Origin: Octopus vulgaris
Taxonomy: Eukaryota
Direction of reading: 5' to 3'
Length of the DNA stretch: 64,000 bases
NCBI GenBank assembly: GCA_951406725.2
Contig: OX597816.1
Coordinates: 166,098,001-166,162,000 of the forward strand
Both the position numbers and the translations under genes were made by a program. The notes beneath the pieces are model-generated. The model worked only from the letters and a program-made list of their open reading frames with translations. It was not told where the DNA came from and did no database searches. Shown here piece after piece: positions 48,447 through 60,145 of this stretch; positions within the stretch are counted from its first letter, which is position 1; each line of letters opens with the position of its first letter.

Positions 48447-50683
48447 AAAAAGACTTCGTTCATTTATAAATGAAACCTACATCCATAGAGTGATTTATTT
48501 ATTTATAATTATAGAGAGAGAGAGAGAGAAAGAGAGCGAGAGAGTTATAAAGAGAGGTGGGGAGTGTGGTGGTGAGTGGGAGAGAAAGAGAAACATATAG
48601 AGAGGTGGGAGGAGAGGGAGAACATTTATGAATGAATGAAAGAAAAAGTCACTTTATTTTTGTCCATTATTATTTTTTCCTTTTCATCTATAAATTCAAG
48701 CAAATCTAATTTGATCATCACATCGTACTATTTTATACATTTGTAATTCAAGGCCTTTATATTTTGGGCTAAATTATACATGACAATGCACTCACACACG
48801 ATATGTATGTATGTATATATTTTTATATATATATAAATATATATGTATGTATATATATATATATATACACACATACATACTTAAGTGTGAGTGTGTGTGT
48901 TCTATGTTATGTGTCTTACACGTCACGATAGATAATTTTGGTCTATTTGTGTCTAACTTATTTAACTAGGTCCGATTCGTTCTCGCTTATTAAATGACTG
49001 TCGTGCTATCAATCATATACATAAAATATATAATATATATATATACTCGGATGTATATATAATGCATTGGTTAAATTTATGCTATAAGAAATCCAAAGTC
49101 TTGTCTAATATTTTGGATCTTTTTCATTTATAACGAATATGTAAAAAGCTCCAACTCATTCATTTTTTTAAAGATTTATGTTTATCTTATTGCTGATATG
49201 CAAATTAAACCTTTTTTAACAACAAATCGGTACCCATCGTTTTTTTTTACTCTACGAAAAAATCTGAGAAGGTGGTGTAGTATGGAAAATTACAGAAACT
49301 AGAAAAAAAAACTGTTACTAAGCTGGATTTATTTAAGTAGATGTTGGACACAGTCAGGCATTACTTATATGTGAGAGTGTGTGTATATATATTATAAACA
49401 CTTACACATTAATATAGCGAAGACTCAGAAAAAAAAGTAGATAGACAAAAGAGCAACGGATGAAAAAAAAAAGAGGGGGGCAAAGAAAAGCGAGTGTAAG
49501 TTCTTGCCATGTAAATTTAGGTCAAAATAGGTGGATAGACATTTGTTGGTTGAAGCAGGCACAGTGTGGGTACACTTTAGAGGTAAGTATGAACTGCATG
49601 TTATTACAAATGAAGCAAAAACCACCTCTGTATTTAGCATGGCAGATCGAAAATACATTATATTATTGGCATATATATGTATATATATTATATATATATA
49701 ATGTGTCTGTGCTTGCTTTTATTAAATCTACATGTGTGTATAAAATTTAGTGGCTAGCACTACAACACCATCTCCTGCTTCGCTTCCTCTAAATCCTACT
49801 TCCCAGCTCAGCAAGCTATTCTGGACTTCGACCTTCGTATCATCGAACAGGTCCGTATTGATCGTATTTCGTAGGCTTGGCTTTATTCAAGCCCAGAAAG
49901 CAATGTTCTGGACTCGCTGCTCTCTTCCATGTTTCATATTAATGTCTTGCCTCTTTCTCCTCCCCCTCCACTCTCTCTCTCTCTCTGTCTATCTATCTTA
50001 TTCTCTGTCCCCTACTCTTGCTCCTCTCCCCCTCTCTCTGAAGACTTCGATTCCTCTTTTATCAATTTAATTATATCAGTTCCCACCACCCTCTCACTCT
50101 CTCTCTCTCTGAAGACTTCGGTTCTTTCTCTACCATTTCTATCAATTCCTTCTGGCACTCGTTTTCTTTTTCACTTGTTCCATCTGTCTCTCTCTAAACA
50201 TTTTCTCTTCTTTATTTATACATTCATATTTCCCTCTCTTTCTTTTCATCGCTTCCTCATACATTTCCGTCTTTTTCGTAATTCTTTCTGTCTTTTTATT
50301 TGTCTCTTCGTCCGAATCGCATTTCTTGCATCTCTCATTCTAAATCTACCTAAACATCTCTTCAGCTCTTAATTTATATTCTCTCTCTCTCTCTTTCTCC
50401 AAATGCCATTCCATCTCGTATTTCTTTTCCCTATCCCCAACCTACTTAAATTGTTTTACATCCTTAGTCTCTGTTCCAGCAATTTTGCTATTCTCTTCTT
50501 TCCTTCCTTCTAACCATACTTATTATATCCGCCGATCTGTCCAGGTTAGACATCCCTACACTCATTCAATATCAATGATACTGTAGTTCCCGCCGAATGC
50601 ACCCATCAACATCTAAGAATTACATATAATATAGGTACTACCTGGTTTTTCTCACACGTTTGTATGTGTGTGTATATATATAA

Positions 50684-50843
50684 GAAAGAAAAAAGGTGTT
50701 CAGAATGATGGATGGTTGTAAAAATATATATTTATTTACATATCACATATTATTTCTTCATATTAGCGCTTTCAACTACTCCTGTAGTTTCTAAATATGT
50801 ATTTTTACAACCACCCAGCATTCTGAACACCTTTTTTTCTTTC
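50684..50843. repeat. ~51-bp imperfect inverted repeat
   Basis: GAAAGAAAAAAGGTGTTCAGAATG..GTTGTAAAAATA / TATTTTTACAAC..CATTCTGAACACCTTTTTTTCTTTC. Confidence 0.85.
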
Positions 50844-51574
50844 ATATGTATTAAATCTGTTCATCACCCCTAATACTTCTAACATATATATATATAATAA
50901 TAATAATGAAATTATTGTATACAGTGCTCAGGTGCACCACAACTTGTCAGAAAGTGCGTATAAAGTATATGCAGTAATGTACAAATATACATACACGCAC
51001 ATGCATACATATATATCTAGAGATACGCACGCACATATTTATATATATATACATACACGTGCACACTCTCACATATGTATAAATGAAGTTTATTTTCCTT
51101 ATTATCTCTCTCCTTTCTGCATACTTACCTCTGCATCTACCTCTTACCATACTTATATCACATCTACCTCTCACCCTATTTCGTTTCTCGCTTTCGTGTG
51201 TGTCTGTGTATCCGACAAACATTGGGGTATCTTCATCCATGCACCCACGCATGCGTAAATGAATCAGACATATTTGTTTTTCCCATTTTCTGTCAGTTTT
51301 ATTTTGTATATCGCTCTAAAAAGCTCCAAGATAATCAATATTCGATATCGTAACACCGAAAAAGACTTATCCAGTTTATAATCTTGTGTTGTTATTTAGT
51401 CCCAGGTCAGTCTTATTGAGTAAACCTATAAAATGTTGCATTCTAGCTGTGACCATCTCTTCTTATTTACGGACAGTTTGACCGAGAGTTCATTATCCCA
51501 AATAATTTCTTTCATTGAATGGTTGGTTGGGCTTGATTTTTAAGAGAAATGGATACTGTTTTTATATATATATG

Positions 51575-51770
51575 TGTGTGTCTGTGTTTGTTACCCCAAC
51601 ATCGCTTGACAACCGATGCTGGTGTGTTTATGTCCCCGTAACTTAGCGGTTCGGTAAAAAAAAGTGGCCGATAGAATAAGTACTAGGCTTACAAAGACTA
51701 AGTCCCGGGGTCGATTTGCTCGACTAAAAGCGGTGCTCCAGCATGGCCGCAGTCAAATGACTGAAACAAA
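51575..51770 (+). mobile_element. SINE family C 3' half
   Basis: GACAACCGATGCTGGTG..GCTCCAGCATGGCCGCAGTC. Confidence 0.85.
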
Positions 51771-52167
51771 TCGCCGTAAAAGAGAGTTAAAAAAAAAAAG
51801 ATGTCGATTTGTGTATTACTTCGTGTTTGCAGTTTATAAAACTTTAAAATGTGGTTAGACCGTCTAAAGTTATCACATTATTAATAATAATAATAATCTC
51901 GCTTTGCAACCACGTGGTTTTGGGTTCAGTTCTTCCGCGCAGCATGTAACTCTGGCAGATCAATACATTGTCAGTGAATTTTGTACACAGGAACTGTGTG
52001 GAAGCCTTCATGAGTGCTTGACAGATGAACTGTGAAACACACCTATAACTGACATCGTATACTAATACCGAAACATTGCATATATATTTTGATTTAGAGA
52101 TTGTAGGCCCCTACATCTCACCATATAAAAAGAATTTTTATTTTAATTACCTACTGTTTTATTACTT

Positions 52168-52256
52168 GGCAACACGTGTTTCATGAGGTACATCCTCGGG
52201 TTCCTAAACCCTTCTTCCTGGAACCCTTCTTAAAATGTGACCCTAATCATCAGGCC
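52168..52256 (-). ncRNA. Hammerhead-like motif with long stem II
   Basis: GGC-CUGAUGA-[62-nt hairpin including GGGUUCC/GGAACCC]-GAA-ACACGUGU-U-GCC. Confidence 0.65.
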
Positions 52257-52295
52257 CTTATATCACTTTATCAACGTTCAATACAATAAACTAAA

Positions 52296-53052
52296 CTCTT
52301 TTACTTGTTTCAGGCATTTGACTGCGGCCATGCTGGAGCACCGCCTTTAGTCGAGCAACTCGACCCCGGGACTTATTCTTTTGTAAGCCCAGTACTTATT
52401 CTATCGTCTCTTTTGCCGAACCGCTAAGTAACGGGGACATAAACACACCAGCATCGGTTGTCAAGCAATGCTAGGGGACAAACACACACACGCATCTCTC
52501 TATATATAAACGGCAGTTTGTCTGTGTGTCTGTCAGGTTGTACCCTCACCCTGACCATGGCTTTCAACCGATTCTGATGAAACTTGACACACACATAGCC
52601 CAATGTCATAATTCAAAACTAACGCAGCAAAAGTTTTGAAAAGTTTCCCCCAGTTCTGAAAAAAATCGATAAATTCGACATGGGGTCGAGAATCAGAAAC
52701 ACAAACCACAGACTGTCTAGGGGACGCAACTCGACCGTTTTAACTCTCAAAAAAAAATTTACCATAATTTTTTTCCATTTTTTTCTATTTTTTGGCTATA
52801 ACTCTCTAAAAATGCTTTATAGTTATTTCCCTTACAAACCCGAGCAACGCCGGGCGATACTGCTAGTATATATATATATATACATATATACGACGGGCTT
52901 CTTTCAGTTTCCGTCTACCAAATCCACTCACAAGGCTTTGGTCGGCCCGAGGCTATAGTAGAAGACACTTGCCCAAGGTGCCACGCAGTGGGACTGAACC
53001 CAGAACCATGTGGTTGGTAAGCAAGCTACTTACTACACAGCCACTCCTGTGC
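52296..53052 (-). mobile_element. SINE family C split by a Helitron
   Basis: 3' half at 52296-52490 and head at 52888-53052, both reverse complement. Confidence 0.85.
52495..52866 (+). mobile_element. Non-autonomous Helitron (same subtype as 10867-11251)
   Basis: A|TCTCTCTATATATAAACGGC...GATACTGCTAG|T. Confidence 0.92.
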
Positions 53053-53824
53053 CTATATTTTAATTTTTTAAAACCCTTAAGTATGTGTAAAATAGGTATA
53101 TTTAAATTAGGTTTGCTGGACCCTACAGTACAAGCCATAAATCAGATAAAAATTCCAATAAAAAGTTACAAAAATAAAGTAAGGGATAAAAAAGCTAAAA
53201 AAATATACGAAAATTTACAAAAACTATGTTAGTAATATATAGTATTCCAAATACAATTAAATTTACATTAAATATATTCAAATATATATATATGCACATA
53301 CACCCATATATATGTATGTGTTTGTTCTCCCCTACTGCTTGATAACGGGTGTTGGTTTGTATACATCCCCATAACATAACGGTTTGGTAAACAGTTTCCT
53401 GGAACTGATTTGTTCGACTGAAACCCTTGAAAGAAGTGCCCCGGCATGGCCACGGTCAAATGACTTGGCAAGTAAAAGATGAAAAATATTGATTATATAA
53501 AACTAATACTAATAAATTGCTCTTAATTAACTAAATATTACAGTAATTATTTAGTGAACCATTGAGAACTAAACATTTAGCTTTACGATAATAGCAACAC
53601 AGAAAGAGGCGACATTTCTTGTAAAACAACCAAGTAAGATATGATAAACAAATTAAAGCATTTCACCCCATTTTTAGAAACAATTTAAACTTGTAACCCA
53701 TTGTTAAATATCTACCAAAGACTAGAATTAGTTGAATTATATTTCATCCTTTACTTTGGAGGGTTCCAAAGGGCGATTTCTAACAAAGATTCTTCATATT
53801 TTGTTAGTAGGTTACTGGCCTAAG

Positions 53825-54209
53825 GTGGAGACGCAATGGCCCAGTGGTTAGGGCAGTGGATTCGCAGTCATAGGATCGCGGTTTCGATTCCCAGACCGGG
53901 CGTTGTGAGTGTTTATTGAGCGAAAACACCTAAAAAAGCTCCACGAGGCTCTGGCAGAGGATGGTGGTGATCCCGGCTGTACTCTTTCACCACATCTTTC
54001 TCTTACTTCCTGTTTCTGTTGTACCTGTATTTCAAAGGGCCGGCCTTGTCACTCTCTGTGTCACTCTGAATATCCCCGAGAACTACGTTAAGGGTACACG
54101 TGTCTGTGGAGTGCTCAGCCACTTACACGTTAATTTCACGAGCAGGCTGTTCCGTTGATTCGGATCAACCGGAACCCTCATCGGCGTAACCGACGGAGTG
54201 CTTCCATCC
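53825..54209 (+). mobile_element. Full-length SINE family B with 11-bp TSD
   Basis: TSD ACTGGCCTAAG at 53814-53824 and 54210-54220. Confidence 0.92.
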
Positions 54210-54257
54210 ACTGGCCTAAGATATTTGCAAATATGAAATTATTACACGTATATGGTA

Positions 54258-54430
54258 TGTAACGAGAATTTATGGAACGGTATCCCATAAAAACTCAAAT
54301 AGTATCTCAGAAATGGAGAAGAGAAGATGTTAAAATTTAAAGGAAGTCTTTTAAATTTTAACATTCTCTTCTCCATTTTTAACATACCTGTTGAGTTTCT
54401 AAGGGATACCTTCCATAAATTCTCATAACA
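54258..54430. repeat. 173-bp foldback (~85-bp arms, TGT...ACA ends)
   Basis: GAGAATTTATGGAA.GGTATCCC..AAACTCAA..AAATGGAGAAGAGAA..TGTTAAAATTTAAA is mirrored almost without a loop. Confidence 0.9.
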
Positions 54431-54434
54431 CCGT

Positions 54435-54883
54435 TTTGACCCTGTGCTTGAGGAGACCTACTGAGTCAAGTACATCAACATAAAAAATCAATGGAAATTG
54501 TACTTGTGATTCCTGTGCTGGTGGCACGTAAAAAGCACTATCCGAACGTGGCCGATGCCAGCGCCGCCTTGACTGGCTTCTGTGCCGGTGGTACGTAAAA
54601 AGTACCATCCAAACGTGGCCGATGCCAGTGCTGCCTTGACTGGCTTCTGTGCCGGTGGTACGTAAAAAGCGCCAATCCGATCGTGGCCGTTGCCAGCCTC
54701 GCCTGGCACGTAAAAAGTACCCACTGCACTCACGGAGTGGTTGGCGTTAGGAAGAGCATCCAGCTGTAGAAACACTGCCAGATCAGACTGGGGCCTGGTG
54801 CAGCCTTCAGGCTTCCCAGATCCCGATCGAACCATCCAACCCATGCTAGCATGGAAAACAGACGTTAAATGATGATGATGATG
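54435..54883 (+). mobile_element. RTE LINE 3' end with four hairpin units
   Basis: Starts at the ORF-terminal GTGCTTGAGGAGACC; units follow; (GAT)n tail. Confidence 0.85.
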
Positions 54884-55865
54884 AATTTGCTTTGCGAGAG
54901 CAACTGTTTTATCAAAGGTGTATCTTGTCATGAAATGCTTGAAATACAGATTAGAGTAGGGTGGGATCTGGCCTTTCACACTCACCCTACAGTATCATTC
55001 TAAGAATATATGATGACATCATTGAAAGCTAGAAGATAACGCACGATTAATTCAAAACAATATGAATCAATATAAATTGCATTCGACCAAGAAATCTGAA
55101 TGCTAAAGGGTGAAAGCATGGCTGGGTAACCTCATATTTCCTCTACAGCAAGACACCTGTATCTGTCTTGCTATAACCTTTCATCATCTGACACAAAATT
55201 GCCTCCTCCACTACCCCCTCACCTCTTAGTTTTTTTTTTGTTTTTTTTTGTCTTGCTAGGTACTTGGTGACCCTGTCAGTGTAGGTGCCATTTAAAAGCA
55301 CTCAGTCCACACTGTAAAGTGGTTGGTGTTTGGCAGGCCATCCAGCTGTAAAATCCTTGCCAAAGCTGACCTTACTTGTGCTTGTGCCATGCAAAAAGCA
55401 CTAAATTCACTCTGCTGAGTGGTTGATGTTAAGAAGGGCATCCAGTTGTAAAAATCCTGCCAAAACTGTCACAGAAGTCTAGTGTAGGCTTCTACTTGGC
55501 TGGCCCTTGTGAAACCATCCCACCCATGCTAGCATGGAAAGCAGACAAACAATGATGAGGAGGATGATGATGGTAGGAACCAATACACTTTTGCAAAGAT
55601 GTGGCAATGATGGGCACCTCTTTCAGCAGGTGTTCAGAAAGCATACTATCCTCAGTGACGCATGCCTTCAGTCCATCATAAAGTTTTTCATTGTGTTTTG
55701 CCTTTCTCAGCCAATGTCTGTCTTAGTATGCAACACATAACAGAGATGTTAAAAACCAAGTGATGTCTGTGCCTAATGCTTTTGAAAGTGAGAAACAGCC
55801 TTGCACAGATCCAACCCAACTCCCTTAACGTATACATATGCCCAAAAGGAAGAACTAATTTACAT

Positions 55866-56182
55866 CATTGGCCGGTGGCACGTAAAAAACACCATCCAAT
55901 CGTGGCCGTTGCCAGCCTCGCCTGGCCACCGTGCCGGTGGCACGTAATAAGCACCATCCGACCATGGCCATTTGCTAGCCCCGTTTGGCACCTGTGCCGG
56001 TGGCATGTAAAAAGCACCCACTACACTCGCGGAGTGGTTGGCATTAGGAAGGGCATCCAGCCGTAGAAACATAACCAGATCAGACTGGGCCTGGTGCAGC
56101 CTTCTAGCTTCCCAGACCCCAGTTGAACCGTCCAACCCATGCTAGCATGGAAAGCGGACGTTAAATGATGATGATGATGATG
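55866..56182 (+). mobile_element. RTE LINE 3' UTR with three hairpin units
   Basis: GCCGGTGGCACGTAA three times; (GAT)n tail. Confidence 0.85.
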
Positions 56183-57050
56183 CAAACAGTCCCAGGTGTT
56201 ATATTTGAGTTTTCCTTCTCCTCGAGAAATGCCTAAGCAAAGACAAGTTTTTCACTGCCAACTGTTGGATAGACGTTGACTCTACACAGTTCAAGTGTCT
56301 TTTAAGGGGTCATGTTTTCCCTCCTGCTTGGTGTCCAATGAATGCTGCCATCCTTACTGAGCAGGCTTGCTCGTAATTCCCAATCTATAAGTATCCAAAA
56401 TAACATGGATATTTTCCTACCTCATCATCACTGATTGGACCAACAAATATCACCGTCATCATCATCATCATCAGTAGTAGCAGCATTTAATGTCCATGTT
56501 TTATACCAGCTGTTTGACAGGATCTGATGGGTTCAAAGGCTACAGTGTGCCCCATTATCTATTTTGGTATGATTTCTATGGGTGGATGCCCTTCCTAATG
56601 TCAACCACTTTACAGTAAGGACTGGGTGCCCTTTTTTTTATGCCACCAGCATAAGTGGGATCACCATGCAGTTTACAAGACTGTGAACCCCAAGAGGCAG
56701 CATTATGCTAGGAGAAGAGGTAATGTTAAGAGAACGGGCCACAGGTTTCTTGAGGTGGAGGATCCACATAGCCCCTCCCATTTTAGAAGTAAGGTTGTAG
56801 GAATGATCTAAGTAGAGCTGGGTGAAGATAAAAAAATATTGGAGAGGAGGTGTCTGGGTGGACCCTCAATATATGAGATAAGTAGAAGTGAGTGGGATAG
56901 AAGAACCAGGGGTTGTGGGTGCACTGATGTTGCTAAAGTGTAATTAATAAAAAATAATTGCAATATAATTAACTAAGAATATACTGTTGTTTAATTTATT
57001 TTTCCCTTCTCTGTTTCCAGATTTTACCATATTAGTTGTGGTTATCTAAG

Positions 57051-59795
57051 ATGACAAACAGATTTGGTGACCAAAATGGTCTCATCTTTATCTCTTCTTC
57101 TGACAACACTGTTTACCCAGTTCAGCTGATTCCAAATATGTCCTCTGAAGATAATGCTCCTGATTCTCTTACTTCTAGAGACAATGTGTTCGACAAAGTG
57201 CCAAAGCTAGAATGGACAAATCCTCCATCAGAGATTTCTGACAATAATAAAGATCCGTACCACTCAAACTCATCTCAGACATCTTTCCAAAATAATTCCG
57301 ATGAACAGTATTACAATTTTCAAACACCGAAAGAGGAATTATTTAATGTCCAAGAAATGGATTGTAGCATTGTCTTAGATGAGCAACATACTGATAATGT
57401 CTTGAAGAACTCTGAAACTTCAATGTCTAAGACAAAAGTCCTTAATTGTTCAAGGTGCATGTACCAAACCAGTGACAAGAATAACATGACTAACCACATG
57501 AGGAAACATAACTCAACATTTGTTTGTAAAATTTGCAAAACTTCCTTTTCAGTAATAACATCCTTAATTGACCACTTCAACAAGCAGCACCCGCAAGATG
57601 CCGATGACCCATCTGATTTGCAGCATTATTGTCCCATGTGCCCATTTCAAAGTATAGAGAAACTGGAATACGATAAACACATTACTCGGCATGAAACAGC
57701 CGCGCATACATGTTCCATTTGCGGTCAGCCGTTTGCGAAACAAGTTTCAATGAAATGGCACATCAAATATAAACATGGTATAGAAGACTCTGAAGAACAA
57801 CAACAACAACAACGTAGCAATATCTCAGAAACTTCTACAACAGCAATTTCAGATCACAATAATACAATTGCAGCAAACACAGAAAAAGAATCAAAAGATT
57901 TAGATTTCCAGAACCAAACCGCTGATATGGAAACTGATACCAAACCTTTTTTTAAACGGTTCTTTTGTTTGTATTGTCCCAAGAACTTTAGTAATAAACT
58001 GTATTTGAAATATCACTGTTGGCGCAATCATAAGGATAGATTATATAAAAGTCAATGGAAAGAAGTCCAAGATTTATTTCAACAGAACTGGAATGAGACA
58101 GATCCTACATTAATTGCCAAAAGCCTTCATGCCAAGAATAGCCCTTTTCAGTGCCCAATGTGTTCCTTCAGTTCTTCTTACAAAAGCACTGTTGACCGTC
58201 ATATTAAGAAGCATAATGAAGCCAAGTATTCTTGTAATATATGTGGCATGCCATTTACTGTGATAGGCAATTTACATCATCATAAGAAAGTTAATCATCC
58301 CGAAATATTAATTATGAATTCACTGCCAAACAAGCGTCACAAATGTGCACTTTGCATCTATAGCACTGGCTATAAGTCTACACTTGAGCGTCACCTTAGA
58401 ACACATGGAATTGCCAAGTACCACTGTGAGTTATGCACCATGCCGTTTGTCTTCTCCGGAAGCTTTTTGACACACAGAATGTTAAAACATAAAATGTCCT
58501 CAAAAGACTTTGAAGAAACCATTTTCACAGACAAAATAACTGATGCCAGTAGTTTAACAGCAAGCAGTGGTAAGTTCATAAAGAGGCGGAAATGCCCGTA
58601 CTGCAATGCTCTGATGCCCAGTGCAAGCAAACTTAACCGGCATTTGCGCACACACAGGAACGCTGGTTATTATTGCGTTTGCTGCAGCATATTTTATACT
58701 TTGAGAAGTGAATTTGAAAACCACATGAAAGTGCATCTAATAGCAAAAGGTTTTAATGAAGTACAGTGTATTGGTGTTACGAAAGGTACTAAAGATTTAT
58801 CCAATGACACAACCGGAGATGATGTCGACGGTTCGGGTAAGAATCACCTTCTTGTTAATAGTGAGCAGTCTGATGTGAGAGAGTCTTCACTTTCAAATGA
58901 AATTAGCAATATGAATAATGTCACCGAACTAGGAAATGTCGACAAGAACTGTGATATGTACAGTAATTCAAGCAATGCCAATGATAGTAGAAATCATTTA
59001 ACAGCAATGGCTAAAGATGTAGTCAAGATAGACTTAACCGAACCGGTGCCGACAACTAACATCCTTCTGGAACAACAGCAAGTTCTTCAGAATGAATCAC
59101 AGTCTTACCCTCCTGAATCCTATCAGAATTCATTAAATATTAATTCTGCAAAGAAATTAATGCTTTCATCCCCAAGCCAAGAAATAACTCCTTCTTTTGA
59201 TAAACCTACAACAGAAGAGAACTTTCATCTAACACCGTCTTCTAGAAATTCTTTGGTAACATCCCAAGACAATTACACTATTGATAGACCAGCTTATGTG
59301 TCCCAGATGTCTCATGAACAATATTTTGAGACGGACAAGCAAGACTTTAGACTGAATTCAGATGAAGTATTATTCAACAGCCGAAAAATGTACCTCACCC
59401 CTCAGCAACAAAACAATATGAACAACTCAAACCCAGCAGAGATTCAAGCACAGAACCCTTTCTCTGAAAACAATAACGATGATATGTGTGCTTGTAAATT
59501 AACTCCACCGATCCATGGAGATGTACTCATCAATCCTCCATTCAAGGGACGATTTGCAAAATTAGTTTCTGACTTTGATGATTTTGCATCCCGTCCATTT
59601 GCTTGTTCTCTTTGTTTTTATCGTTGCAGCATTCTCAAAGACTTATTTGATCATGTACAGAACCACTTGACTGGCTGCACTCCTGTTCCAGTCCCAAACA
59701 CTGCCAAGTTCGACACACAGAATTATATTCAAGGAATGAGCATAGACCAAAATAATCAGATTCAAAATAATTCTTTAAACATTAGTTATATTTAG
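57051..59795 (+). CDS. C2H2 zinc-finger protein (12 fingers, 914 aa), single coding exon
   Basis: Uninterrupted 2.7-kb ORF with 12 C-x2-C-x12-H-x3/4-H motifs. Polypyrimidine tract and acceptor TTTCCAG| at 57020; in-frame TAG at 57033 precedes the first ATG at 57051. Confidence 0.95.
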   Translation: MTNRFGDQNGLIFISSSDNTVYPVQLIPNMSSEDNAPDSLTSRDNVFDKVPKLEWTNPPSEISDNNKDPYHSNSSQTSFQNNSDEQYYNFQTPKEELFNVQEMDCSIVLDEQHTDNVLKNSETSMSKTKVLNCSRCMYQTSDKNNMTNHMRKHNSTFVCKICKTSFSVITSLIDHFNKQHPQDADDPSDLQHYCPMCPFQSIEKLEYDKHITRHETAAHTCSICGQPFAKQVSMKWHIKYKHGIEDSEEQQQQQRSNISETSTTAISDHNNTIAANTEKESKDLDFQNQTADMETDTKPFFKRFFCLYCPKNFSNKLYLKYHCWRNHKDRLYKSQWKEVQDLFQQNWNETDPTLIAKSLHAKNSPFQCPMCSFSSSYKSTVDRHIKKHNEAKYSCNICGMPFTVIGNLHHHKKVNHPEILIMNSLPNKRHKCALCIYSTGYKSTLERHLRTHGIAKYHCELCTMPFVFSGSFLTHRMLKHKMSSKDFEETIFTDKITDASSLTASSGKFIKRRKCPYCNALMPSASKLNRHLRTHRNAGYYCVCCSIFYTLRSEFENHMKVHLIAKGFNEVQCIGVTKGTKDLSNDTTGDDVDGSGKNHLLVNSEQSDVRESSLSNEISNMNNVTELGNVDKNCDMYSNSSNANDSRNHLTAMAKDVVKIDLTEPVPTTNILLEQQQVLQNESQSYPPESYQNSLNINSAKKLMLSSPSQEITPSFDKPTTEENFHLTPSSRNSLVTSQDNYTIDRPAYVSQMSHEQYFETDKQDFRLNSDEVLFNSRKMYLTPQQQNNMNNSNPAEIQAQNPFSENNNDDMCACKLTPPIHGDVLINPPFKGRFAKLVSDFDDFASRPFACSLCFYRCSILKDLFDHVQNHLTGCTPVPVPNTAKFDTQNYIQGMSIDQNNQIQNNSLNISYI

Positions 59796-59839
59796 CTAAA
59801 AAAAAAAAAACAAAAACAGACAGTAACAGAAAAGCATTT

Positions 59840-59905
59840 AAATAAACAGAGAACTGTATTTTACTTTCACTTCTTTGAAGAAGAGAAGAAATAAATGAGA
59901 ATAAA
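59840..59905 (+). terminator. Candidate polyadenylation signals (AATAAA x3)
   Basis: AATAAA at ~59841, ~59890 and ~59900, downstream of the stop. Confidence 0.45.
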
Positions 59906-60145
59906 AGTAATTTTTATTGTCTTGACAGATTGAAAAATTTTAACCATTACAATGAACTACAACTTGCTTGGTGTGCAAGTGTGGCTGTGTGGTTCACAAG
60001 TTTCCTTCGCAACCATATGGTTTTAAGTTCAATCCTTTTGCATGGTACCTTGGACAGGTACTTTCCTGCTCTAACCCCAAAGCTTTTTGAGTATATTTGA
60101 GAGACAGACAATGAGAAAAACCCATTGCATATATATATATATCAT

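Noticed and set aside
49750-50372. Leu/Ser/Phe-rich ORFs
   Set aside because: They come from CT-rich low-complexity sequence.
39854-56020. Repeat-spacer-like GTGGCACGTAAAAAGCACC arrays as CRISPR
   Set aside because: Eukaryotic context, no cas genes, the spacers are homologous to each other, and the arrays lie in an RTE 3' UTR.
57036-57050. TTG start for the zinc-finger ORF as given in the track
   Set aside because: This is a eukaryotic gene; the first ATG is at 57051 (alternative 57138).
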